Of a DNA stretch of 64,000 nucleotides, positions 51,743-61,036 are shown in pieces. This stretch comes from a virus (Duplodnaviria; Caudoviricetes). The position numbers and the translations under genes were made by a program. The first letter of the stretch is position 1, and each line of letters starts with the position of its first letter. The stretch lies in the IMG/VR virus record IMGVR_UViG_3300011008_000034, positions 1 through 64,000 of that record, one strand, 5' to 3'. The notes under the pieces were generated by a model, which saw nothing but the letters and a program-made list of their open reading frames with translations, did no database searches and was not told where the DNA came from.

Positions 51743-51801
51743 CAACACCTCTTTCTTAATTTTGATTATACTATAAGAAAGAGGTGTTGTAAATAGTTTT
51801 T
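51743..51801 (-). promoter_or_regulatory. sigma-A-type promoter inside an RBS-sequestering hairpin
   Basis: TTTACA(51793-51788)-17-TATAAT(51770-51765); perfect 16-bp arms 51774-51789 / 51743-51758. Confidence 0.8.
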
Positions 51802-51842
51802 TATTTATTTTTCATTAGCTTTGTTAGTGTAAGTGAATGTGA

Positions 51843-52607
51843 TTAAACTTTAATTACTAATGTAATGTCAAACTCTTTCATTAAACAATTATCAAAATGT
51901 TCGACACTACCTACAACTAAGCTTGAACCAAAACATCCACCGGCACCATCGTAAATCGCGATGTATTCATTATTCCCGTAAATTAAAACATCGCCTTCGT
52001 TAATGTTCAATAAGTTGTTGTCAAATGGAACTACGCTATCATTTAAATCCTCCACGATATAATTTATAGAACCATAATTCCGATTTAATTCTCTTTTCAA
52101 ATCTGAACTATAATATGCACCAATTGATAATGCAATCTCAATATAATTTTTAATTTCATTTGCATCTATAATAACTTCTTGAGATTTTCTTCTCATATAT
52201 CCTTTATATACAAGACTTTGAAATGTACTAGTAGAACTGCATAATTCTTGCCATTCAGTCCAGGAATTTAATGAATTACTATATCTGATATATAATTTTC
52301 CATTTTTATTTGCATCAATAACATCATTAAATACCATCATAGTCTGATAGCAGTGTTTATTTGCAGCATAATGAATTAAAACACCTTCTGTACAAAACCA
52401 TTCACTGACATTCATTTGAGGAATAATGCTATATGTAATCGTTCCATTATCAGGCCATAAACCTGGTGAATCTTCTAATACATCAATTGTAATTGGGAAT
52501 TTACTTCTGCTTTCATATAAATTAAATAGGTAATTAACTTTTTGCCCTAATGTATCTTCTAATTCTTTAAACTTATTATATAAATCTGCTAATGATAATT
52601 TAGCCAT
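51843..52607 (-). CDS. probable tail-fibre-related protein (knob-like domain)
   Basis: GVL.......YQT......LYIR......WTEW pattern of fibre knob domains. Confidence 0.5.
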   Translation of the reverse strand: MAKLSLADLYNKFKELEDTLGQKVNYLFNLYESRSKFPITIDVLEDSPGLWPDNGTITYSIIPQMNVSEWFCTEGVLIHYAANKHCYQTMMVFNDVIDANKNGKLYIRYSNSLNSWTEWQELCSSTSTFQSLVYKGYMRRKSQEVIIDANEIKNYIEIALSIGAYYSSDLKRELNRNYGSINYIVEDLNDSVVPFDNNLLNINEGDVLIYGNNEYIAIYDGAGGCFGSSLVVGSVEHFDNCLMKEFDITLVIKV

Positions 52608-52611
52608 TATT

Positions 52612-54261
52612 TCACCTTCTTAAAATATTTAAATAATTCGCGAATTGTTTGAGTTCTTCTGTAATTAAAATATCAACTTGAGTATTTTTCAAAATTTCAT
52701 TAGCTATATCATTATCTATTCCAGCGCTATATTCATCAAAATATACAATACGACTAATACCAGCTGTAACAATTGCTTTTGTACAATTCACACATGGTTT
52801 CGCAGTTACATAAATAGTGGCATCTTTTAAATTCGCTCCATTATTCATTGAATAAACAAGACTATTGATTTCACTATGAACGCCGAAACAATTGTGAACA
52901 ATTACGCAAGAATTATCACCCAAATCGATTGCAAAATTATTTGTTTTTGGAACAGATATATCATATACAGGAAATTTTCCCTCCAATTTCTTTACTTGAA
53001 CAACTTTGTGATTATTTGTCCTTGCATCTTCAAAAGCTTCTTCGAGTGAATCATAATATTTTAAGATTGTTTCGGTCTTTCGAAGTGAAGGAGTTTTATC
53101 TCCTAAACGAGTAGCAATTTTATATTTTTTACGCATCTCTTCATAATTTTCTGGAGTAACCTCTTCACCATTTTGCTTTGCTTTAAAAAATAAATTAGAT
53201 AAAGAAATTCGAATATTTCCCCTTTGACGTGATTTTATTGCTTTAGGGTCTTTATTGGATTTTAAATTTCCTTTTCGCCAATTTTCTCGTCCTCTAATTC
53301 TTGCAGTTTTTGCCCATTCTTCATTTTCCCATAATTTATTCATATTTTTACGTCCTATATCAGAACGCTTCTTTGCAAATTCAGGGTCATTTTTTGCTTT
53401 TTCGCGTTGTGCTTCAATACCTTTTCTACACATTTTCAATAATTTTTCTTTTGGCCACTTCTTCCATCCGCCATGTTTGGAAATATGTTCTCCATGAGTA
53501 AGCATTTCAAGATTCTCTGGACGATTATCTTGTTTATTTTCATTAATATGATGAACATCTCTTACATTTTTCCCAAATGGCTCGTAAAAATTATGAATAT
53601 AACGATAAACCATATGATGAGTTGCTTCATTAGATTGATATAAATAACTATTATTAATTTCCCGTTTCTGTCCATATCGATAACTATTTGAAACATATTC
53701 ATGTCCTTTATTACCTTTTTTATCATAATAAAATTTATAATAAATAGGCATACAACTATCACCATATTGTAAATCTTTTGCTTGTTTGTATGTACAATCT
53801 CTCATCATAATTAAATGGTCACTTGTACATTTAATTGATTTACCATTATCAAATATTACTTCAACAATATCATCTCTATATCCAGAACAATGAATATTTG
53901 TTGCTAATCCAGGAATTATCTTTCCTGTTTTTTCATTAATTGAATATACCCAAACATCTTTTTCATCTTTTGCCAATTCTTTTATTGTTTTATATGTTCC
54001 ATCCAGCAATTTAATAACATTATCGCCAGTTAAACATAATTCTTCATGTTCTCCAGACTTTACATGAAGTTTTTCTCTAATACATCTATTTGGAACATCA
54101 ATACAATTATCAATTCCAGATGGAGCTCCATTATATCCAGCACCAATTTGAATTTTATCTTTTACTATGACACTGCCTACTTTTCGTCTAATACATGTAG
54201 AACGAGTAGCATACATCATAGCAATTTTCATAAAAAAAACATCTAATGACTCACGCATCAT
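52612..54261 (-). CDS. dCMP deaminase containing an intein
   Basis: RSTC.RR.VG..IV, GYNG.P, HSE.N, PC..C; interrupted at EEL|C. Confidence 0.92.
   Translation of the reverse strand: MMRESLDVFFMKIAMMYATRSTCIRRKVGSVIVKDKIQIGAGYNGAPSGIDNCIDVPNRCIREKLHVKSGEHEELCLTGDNVIKLLDGTYKTIKELAKDEKDVWVYSINEKTGKIIPGLATNIHCSGYRDDIVEVIFDNGKSIKCTSDHLIMMRDCTYKQAKDLQYGDSCMPIYYKFYYDKKGNKGHEYVSNSYRYGQKREINNSYLYQSNEATHHMVYRYIHNFYEPFGKNVRDVHHINENKQDNRPENLEMLTHGEHISKHGGWKKWPKEKLLKMCRKGIEAQREKAKNDPEFAKKRSDIGRKNMNKLWENEEWAKTARIRGRENWRKGNLKSNKDPKAIKSRQRGNIRISLSNLFFKAKQNGEEVTPENYEEMRKKYKIATRLGDKTPSLRKTETILKYYDSLEEAFEDARTNNHKVVQVKKLEGKFPVYDISVPKTNNFAIDLGDNSCVIVHNCFGVHSEINSLVYSMNNGANLKDATIYVTAKPCVNCTKAIVTAGISRIVYFDEYSAGIDNDIANEILKNTQVDILITEELKQFANYLNILRR
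52891..54036 (-). mobile_element. intein (382 aa) with HNH homing endonuclease
   Basis: starts CLTGD, block B CTSDH, VHHINENKQDNRPENL, ends VYDISV...NF......VHN|C. Confidence 0.92.
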
Positions 54262-54988
54262 AAATTACCTCGTCTGGTTGGATAATATTAATTTGTTCCT
54301 GTACACATTTATCTTCGGTTATCCATAAATTACCATTTTTAATATCAGGACGAAGAATTAAAGTATCTTTATTAGATACTACACGAAGACGTTGTGCATT
54401 AATATCTCCACGTGGTTTTACTTTCCAGTCTTTTGTTAAATCACAAATTTGTTTCCATTTATTAACAGAATATTTCATAGTATTATAAGCTTGTTTATGA
54501 TTTAAAATTGATGTATTAATCCCACAATAACTTAAATGCTGATTATGCATAAATTTATCAAATAACTGTCGTTCAATTAAAAATTGTTCTGGTTTTATTA
54601 AATCTTCGCCACGATGTTCAGCACGTGCTTTGATATCTTTTAAATCTGCATAAACATAAATATAAAAAGGAATAGAATTCATCTTATAAAAACGTTCTTC
54701 AATTTCATCTAAATATGAAGCTGTGTAATTTCGGATCATTGGTGCATATGTCCACTCACCTTCATGAAAACGGTCTAAAATATAATCTTTATTTTCATCA
54801 TAATTATCTAAAAATGTATAATACTGATTTTTTCCATCTTGTTCATCTTTAGGATTTTCAAAGTGTTGAGTAAAGAAATCATGATTATCTCTCAAGAATT
54901 TTTTGCACAATGAACTTTTTCCGGCACAATTACAGCCTGATACTATGATAAACATATAATTACTCCTTTTAAAAATAGATAATTTCAT
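54251..54988 (-). CDS. deoxynucleoside monophosphate kinase (thymidylate-kinase-like)
   Basis: G...AGKS P-loop, ILDRF...E..Y, R...RG. Confidence 0.75.
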   Translation of the reverse strand: MKLSIFKRSNYMFIIVSGCNCAGKSSLCKKFLRDNHDFFTQHFENPKDEQDGKNQYYTFLDNYDENKDYILDRFHEGEWTYAPMIRNYTASYLDEIEERFYKMNSIPFYIYVYADLKDIKARAEHRGEDLIKPEQFLIERQLFDKFMHNQHLSYCGINTSILNHKQAYNTMKYSVNKWKQICDLTKDWKVKPRGDINAQRLRVVSNKDTLILRPDIKNGNLWITEDKCVQEQINIIQPDEVIYDA

Positions 54989-55850
54989 TATTTGAAACCA
55001 ATACTTTTTCTTCTATATCATAACGAATATAATTTATTTTTTTTAATTTTTTCAAACAAATATTCAAAATTTTCAAGAATTCATCAGCTGATAACAATTT
55101 GTCATGTTTTGAAACAAAACGAATTACTTTCCATCCTTTTGATATAACATGAATGTCTCTATTTGAATCATTTTTATGTGTAGGGTCTTTTCTTGAAAAA
55201 CCACAATGTCCTCCACCATCATATTCAAAGTCAATTTTTTTATCAAGAAAAACTATATCAAGCAATTTCCCAAATATTGGATAATCATTAGCTACATTCG
55301 AAAAATTTTGTTGTATTATTTCATAATAATATTGTTCTTGAACAGATGTATATGCAAAACCATGTTTAGCTCTTGTTTCCATTGACTTTTGAACAACATC
55401 TTCTAATTGAAACGTATAAGGAGTATTATAGTTTGCTAAATTTGTTTGAATCATTTTATTTTTTACATCTTTATTTTTCATTGGATGGTCTGAATTGTAC
55501 TTTTTTTCCCATGTTTTCCGACGCTTTTGTTTACATTCTTCATTTTGCCAATGATGTTTTTTCCCAAATTTTTTCAAACATGTATTTTCTATACGTTTTT
55601 TTGTACAAGGATAATCAGAACAATTATCATAACCATCAAATTTTATTTGTGAAAAACTTTTATAAAAAATTTTTCCGCAAAAATCACATCTAATTGCGAT
55701 TTTTTTTGTATACCATTTTGGTAATTCAATAACTTTTACAATTATTGCATCTCCCAATTTTATATTTGTAAATCCATTCTTTCTCCAATAGTTTATATTC
55801 GATGTCCAAATTTTTACTAATTCATGTTCTTGATAAATCATAATCATCAC
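54969..55850 (-). CDS. free-standing putative homing endonuclease (Vsr/DUF559-like)
   Basis: T...KY(G/N) repeats, S..E, LDI......EYDG..H, RD.....GWKVIR. Confidence 0.7.
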   Translation of the reverse strand: MMIMIYQEHELVKIWTSNINYWRKNGFTNIKLGDAIIVKVIELPKWYTKKIAIRCDFCGKIFYKSFSQIKFDGYDNCSDYPCTKKRIENTCLKKFGKKHHWQNEECKQKRRKTWEKKYNSDHPMKNKDVKNKMIQTNLANYNTPYTFQLEDVVQKSMETRAKHGFAYTSVQEQYYYEIIQQNFSNVANDYPIFGKLLDIVFLDKKIDFEYDGGGHCGFSRKDPTHKNDSNRDIHVISKGWKVIRFVSKHDKLLSADEFLKILNICLKKLKKINYIRYDIEEKVLVSNNEIIYF

Positions 55851-55922
55851 CTCTTTTTTATTTTATTTAAAATACTAAAAAAGCAAGCCTCACATTTTAT
55901 GGCTTGCTTTATCATTTATGTG

Positions 55923-57044
55923 TTATTTTACGATTTTATTAAATGTTTCAAATGCTTGATTAAATTGTTTTAATACAAATGAATATGTAAAAATACATTC
56001 TTCAAAATCAAGCAATGGTCGTCCAAAACGAAACGCACCTTCTTGTTCTTCGTGTTTTACCATAGGAAATTTTGTATAAGAACCAAAAAAATCTTTTCCT
56101 AAACTATAGGGAAGATGAAAAGAAAATGTTCCATAATCATTATCGGCTAATTCTAAATAATACAATGAATAATAGTCTCGTTTTATAGTACATGTACATT
56201 GTTCACATGCTAAAATTTCTTCTTCGTTTCTAAAGAAAAAATCTAAAACATTAGAACACATGTAATACGAGCGTTCTGTTCTAAATTCGTCCATATGATT
56301 ATTGCACAAACAAAAATCATATTTATGCGGTTGTTCTGGTTGATAAAATGATACTTTTGCATATGGAGACCGAAATAATGCAAACATAGCTTGTTTTTTT
56401 AATTCATAACATTCTTTTTTCTTTTCTTCATATTGGGTTTTTTTGCGATACGCTGTATAACTTTTTTCTTGATATGTTTTTGCTAATCTTGATAACCACG
56501 TTGTCCAATATGCTAAATCAAAACTGGCACAAAGAACTCTATCTTTCATTACCCATACAATTTTTTGTTCATTTAATTTAAATATAATTTCTTTTCTTAG
56601 TAAATTACGTTTATTTTTTGTTTCATTCGATTTCTTTATTTGCAGTGTTTTATCTTTTTGCGATTTTTGAAGTTTGTATTCTTCTCTCCATTGATTAATA
56701 AGTTCTTCAGTAATACAAAACCTAATTTGATATCGTGAAAATATTGGAAATTCACCGTATTTAAAAGGAATCTTATCTACAATTTTTAGTTTCCCTTCCT
56801 TTGACCAACGAAGACGTTCTGTTTTTGTACATTGTAAAGCTTCTTCCAATTGGCTTGGATAAATTGCTGTTTCTCTTTCAAAACGTTTTAAAAATTTCTT
56901 TTCTTCCGCTTTATCTTTTATTAATTCTAAAATTTTATTTTGTAAATCAACTTTTTTTAATTTACTTGTATTAGAAATATTTAGATACTCACCTAATTCG
57001 TCTTTCAATATGTCACTAAATAAATGTTCATTATCTATTTCCAT
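55923..57044 (-). CDS. hypothetical protein
   Basis: long ORF; FSFHLPY, FRFGR motifs. Confidence 0.75.
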   Translation of the reverse strand: MEIDNEHLFSDILKDELGEYLNISNTSKLKKVDLQNKILELIKDKAEEKKFLKRFERETAIYPSQLEEALQCTKTERLRWSKEGKLKIVDKIPFKYGEFPIFSRYQIRFCITEELINQWREEYKLQKSQKDKTLQIKKSNETKNKRNLLRKEIIFKLNEQKIVWVMKDRVLCASFDLAYWTTWLSRLAKTYQEKSYTAYRKKTQYEEKKKECYELKKQAMFALFRSPYAKVSFYQPEQPHKYDFCLCNNHMDEFRTERSYYMCSNVLDFFFRNEEEILACEQCTCTIKRDYYSLYYLELADNDYGTFSFHLPYSLGKDFFGSYTKFPMVKHEEQEGAFRFGRPLLDFEECIFTYSFVLKQFNQAFETFNKIVK

Positions 57045-57189
57045 GTGAAATCACTCCTTTATTTTATTGTACCATAAATTTTTATAACTGTACAAATTAA
57101 TAAAAGGAGGAAAATCCCTCATTTTATCTAACTCATTCATTGTTAACATCTCCTTATGAAAAAGAGAGGACATTTTAATCCTCTCTTTT

Positions 57190-57666
57190 TCAAATTAAAT
57201 CTTTAAATTTATTTTTAATTGTCTTTTCTATTTTTTGAGCATTTTCATTTATAATGTACTTTTTATTAAAAATTTCTTTATTAAAATAAACACAATAATT
57301 TTCATTATATTCAAATTTATCTTTTACATAAAAAGTTATTTTTAACGTATTTGTATTAATTATTGACAATCTTATATCATTTTTTTTATGATTTTCAATT
57401 CCTTCGTATAAAATAATTAAATCGTATTTTTTTAATAAAGTATTTTTTTCTTTTATCATTTCTCTATCAAAAAAAACAACATTTTTTTCACCTATACAAT
57501 CTATAGCATTTGTATAAAAATGAAAATACATTTTATCATTATCATTATTTTCTTCATTAAGAAGAGGATATATACAAATATGTTTTTTATGTTTTGCCAT
57601 TTTCATTAATTTTACAATTATTTTATTAGCAATTAATTGCATTCTTTCATTTTCAATATCAAACAT
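57190..57666 (-). CDS. module gene B, family B2
   Basis: close paralog of 60414..60872. Confidence 0.78.
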   Translation of the reverse strand: MFDIENERMQLIANKIIVKLMKMAKHKKHICIYPLLNEENNDNDKMYFHFYTNAIDCIGEKNVVFFDREMIKEKNTLLKKYDLIILYEGIENHKKNDIRLSIINTNTLKITFYVKDKFEYNENYCVYFNKEIFNKKYIINENAQKIEKTIKNKFKDLI

Positions 57667-57693
57667 CGTTCCTTACCTCCTTTTCTTATTTCC

Positions 57694-57731
57694 ATTATAT
57701 CAAAAAAAAAGCTATTTGTAAATAGCTTTTT
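57694..57731 (-). promoter_or_regulatory. sigma-A-type promoter overlapping a terminator hairpin
   Basis: TTTACA(57722-57717)-17-TATAAT(57699-57694); AAAAAGCTATTT/AAATAGCTTTTT hairpin plus U tract. Confidence 0.78.
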
Positions 57732-58639
57732 TATTTTGAGTTTTTCTTAAGATTATTTTTTGCATCATTATAGGCATCATTATATGATGAATATATATCA
57801 CAAATGTTATATCCTGATGAAAGTGTTATTCCATGTGATTTTATTTGATTTTTAATATCTTTAGGATTATTATCAATTTTTGTTATAAATGTATCTCTTA
57901 TTTTTAATTTATCTTTTGTATTATTTTCCATAATGTTACCACTAACATCATACATCCAAGATAATAATATTGTTTCAAAATTCCCGTTAGAATCATTTTT
58001 TGAAAATGGATACATTTCATTATAAAAAATAATTGGATAATCAACATCTAATTCAGAAATTTGTCTAGAAAAAAATCCTTCACAACCTTGATTATTATAA
58101 TATGCACGTTTATATTTATTTTCATCAAGTAAATATGAATATTCTGATTTTCTTATGTAATCAATGCAAGTTTCATCTGAAAAACTAGGTTCTAATATAT
58201 TAGGAACCTTAGATAAGCGCTTCATTCTTTTGAATAATTTAGACTCTTTTAAGTCTGGTCTTCTTTCAGATTCTGAACTAGATGTATCTTTATAGTAATA
58301 ATCAATTTCATCTGGATCATAACTATCAGAAATAGATTTATTAATCAAATCAAGTTCGCTTTTGCTATGAATAGTGTCATCTTTGATTATCTTGTCAAGA
58401 TGCGAATCTAAAGCTAACCGGTCATCATTGTAATTTTGATGAATATTGTTATCATATAAAAAATATTGTAAGATACTTTCGTCCCAATTAGAAAAATGGT
58501 CTCTCATCCATGTCCTAAACATTTTTCCAATTTTATCACATTCAATTACATCATCGTCAAAAATGTCTAAACAGTATTTCATAGTCACTATCACTGACTT
58601 TCTTTTCCTACGAGGCTTAGCAAGTCGTTTCAAAATCAA
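57731..58639 (-). CDS. module gene A, family A2, with an extra N-terminal domain (fusion)
   Basis: leader KRLAK and internal MKRLSK at the start of the A2-homologous half. Confidence 0.75.
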   Translation of the reverse strand: MILKRLAKPRRKRKSVIVTMKYCLDIFDDDVIECDKIGKMFRTWMRDHFSNWDESILQYFLYDNNIHQNYNDDRLALDSHLDKIIKDDTIHSKSELDLINKSISDSYDPDEIDYYYKDTSSSESERRPDLKESKLFKRMKRLSKVPNILEPSFSDETCIDYIRKSEYSYLLDENKYKRAYYNNQGCEGFFSRQISELDVDYPIIFYNEMYPFSKNDSNGNFETILLSWMYDVSGNIMENNTKDKLKIRDTFITKIDNNPKDIKNQIKSHGITLSSGYNICDIYSSYNDAYNDAKNNLKKNSK

Positions 58640-58896
58640 TCACCTCTTTATATATAAAATAAAATTTAATTACATAAATAAATAACTATGCATAAAATTG
58701 TTCCAAAAATCATGCATATCCAAGACAACCCTACTAAAGGCTCGTTAGCCCATGATTTTCTTTTATTTTTTGCAAATCAATTGTTACATATAAAGTCATA
58801 GTGATTAGTATGACAATAAGAATTGAATCAACATTTATATTCATAGTAATTTATCTCCTTATAAAAATCCCCCTCAATTAGAGGAGGATTTTATTC

Positions 58897-60303
58897 TTAC
58901 TTCTTTCTTCTTTTCTTAAAGACTTGGATTTCTTTTTCCTTTTTACCATCAATAATGGAGAAGATATTATTTGCAAATAATTCGCGATATCCCCAAACAA
59001 CTACTTCATCATCATTGTATTTATGGAACAAATCAAGATATTCATCAACAAAATCATCGTCAATTAAATACTTAATCATATCTTCTTCGGACTTGAATTT
59101 ATTATTGTCCTTAGTAGTATTGGCAAACATCTCTAACATCTGAGGACAAATAACATTTGTATCATATTCCATCTGAAGAATTTTATATCCATTTTCTATC
59201 ATTTCTTTTTGATGATTTTCGTCTTTAGCGATTTCCATCATTTCTTCAGCTGTTTCTCTAAGTTTTTCTCTATCACTAACAATCATAAATGGATGTTCAA
59301 GATTATAATCATAATATGTCCGTCCAATAGCATTAATCTTATTATGCTTTGCCCAATGAATATCAAGAACTGGAATTGCTCCACAATTAATAATTTCACA
59401 AGCAGTGTATTCCATTCTATCACCATATTCTTCAGGATGTTTATCTAAATGGAAGAAAGTACATCCAAACATAATCTGTGATAATTCTTCCATAGTTTCA
59501 TCATGAATATATTCTTTATAAACCTCAGCCATTCCCTTTTCGTTTGGTTTTGGACCACGTTTTTTATCAGTCATATCAATAGCATAAGGATTATCGTATA
59601 CGTCGGTTTTCGCTCCCAAAGATCTCTCAATACCTTTTAATACAATTTTAAAATCAGGGTCCAATTCCTTAATGTAAGGTGATAAAAACAAAAGTCTATG
59701 AGGTTCTTTAGTAGATGTCCAACGACCTAAATACATAATTTGCTTTTTCTTATTAGTATTTGTGTTCCTAAATTTTGCTTGGTCTTCTAAATCAAACCAA
59801 AGAGACATCCGTTTTACACGATCTTTTTTAGATGGGAACATTTCCGAACAAGCTTTATTAAAGAAAGTAGTTGGTCCATATCCCATAATTAAATCCATAC
59901 TATTAAAAACCGGAATCATATAAGGGATTTTATCAATATAAGTTTTATGAACTTCATGGATAAAACCTACACGAATTGGATTATTTACTCCATTAATAAT
60001 TTTTTCATAAAAAGCTTTTACATATTCTGGACCAGATTTGATATACGGATATGAAAAGAAAATTACTACATCTTTTTGATTTAAATCTTCTTGCATTTTA
60101 TCTAAATCTTCAATTTTATATGGTGTATATCTAATATTATGAGAATTTGTACGAGACATTTTTTTCCCAGCATACCCATAAATTTGAAGGTCTACACCGT
60201 TTTTGTCGCACCATGTTTGAAGTTGATGTGCACAAAAAGAACATCCACAACCTTCTACACTTCGGCCTAATATTAATGCATATTTTTTGTCTTTGTAACT
60301 CAT
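58897..60303 (-). CDS. DNA alpha-glucosyltransferase-like GT-B glycosyltransferase (T4 AGT homolog)
   Basis: N-terminal ILGRSVEGCG.......W..KNG, HE, Y.GR....K, MEYT..E...CG.IPV match recalled T4 AGT motifs. Confidence 0.78.
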   Translation of the reverse strand: MSYKDKKYALILGRSVEGCGCSFCAHQLQTWCDKNGVDLQIYGYAGKKMSRTNSHNIRYTPYKIEDLDKMQEDLNQKDVVIFFSYPYIKSGPEYVKAFYEKIINGVNNPIRVGFIHEVHKTYIDKIPYMIPVFNSMDLIMGYGPTTFFNKACSEMFPSKKDRVKRMSLWFDLEDQAKFRNTNTNKKKQIMYLGRWTSTKEPHRLLFLSPYIKELDPDFKIVLKGIERSLGAKTDVYDNPYAIDMTDKKRGPKPNEKGMAEVYKEYIHDETMEELSQIMFGCTFFHLDKHPEEYGDRMEYTACEIINCGAIPVLDIHWAKHNKINAIGRTYYDYNLEHPFMIVSDREKLRETAEEMMEIAKDENHQKEMIENGYKILQMEYDTNVICPQMLEMFANTTKDNNKFKSEEDMIKYLIDDDFVDEYLDLFHKYNDDEVVVWGYRELFANNIFSIIDGKKEKEIQVFKKRRKK

Positions 60304-60413
60304 TATATCATTCCTTTCTTATCTTATGAAAATTATAATAATTAATCTCCTTTCCATTTAAAATATAGAAAAAAAATGTATTTTTTATCGCTAACAAATT
60401 TAAAAATGTGTTA

Positions 60414-60872
60414 TTATGTTTTATTTTTTTGAGTTTTCATAGTTTTATATTTTTCATCATTAATTTTTATGCATTTATCATTCGTTACATTTTTATTGAA
60501 ATAAACTTGAAAATTTTTATTATATTCAAATGACGAGGTTATATAAAATGTAATTTTTACAGTATTCACATCAACGATTGTTAATTTTATGTCATTTTTC
60601 TTTGCATATTCAACTCCTTCATATAAAATAACAAAATCATATTTGTTCGTTCCATCATTTAATTTTCTTTTATTAATAAAATGTACTACTTTATCATTAA
60701 TGTAGTCAATTGCATTTGTAAAAAAGAAAAAATACATTTTATCATTATCTTCATTTAAAATTGAATATATACAAATAGAATTTTTATGTTTTGTTAATTT
60801 TAAAAAAGATAACATAATTTTATCAGCAATACTTTGTAATCTCATTTCTTCAATGTTATATATAATAATCAC
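60414..60872 (-). CDS. orphan module gene B, family B2
   Basis: paralog of 57190..57666; iscB occupies the A position. Confidence 0.75.
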   Translation of the reverse strand: MIIIYNIEEMRLQSIADKIMLSFLKLTKHKNSICIYSILNEDNDKMYFFFFTNAIDYINDKVVHFINKRKLNDGTNKYDFVILYEGVEYAKKNDIKLTIVDVNTVKITFYITSSFEYNKNFQVYFNKNVTNDKCIKINDEKYKTMKTQKNKT

Positions 60873-60888
60873 TTCCTTTCACGAATAT

Positions 60889-60926
60889 ATTATACCATAA
60901 AAAAAGTTATTTGTAAATAGCTTTTT
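60889..60926 (-). promoter_or_regulatory. sigma-A-type promoter overlapping a terminator hairpin
   Basis: TTTACA(60917-60912)-17-TATAAT(60894-60889). Confidence 0.75.
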
Positions 60927-61002
60927 ATTTATTTGATTTTGATATATTTAAAATTTTTATAATCAGTTTTTCAATTTTCATTTTTCTTCTAATAAATCTG
61001 GC

Positions 61003-61036
61003 CTTCGTTCTGATTCGGAACTAGATGTGTCTTTTA
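61003..61036. repeat. 34-bp direct repeat flanking iscB copy 2 (downstream copy)
   Basis: 32/34 identical to 62688..62721; related to 58260..58292. Confidence 0.9.
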
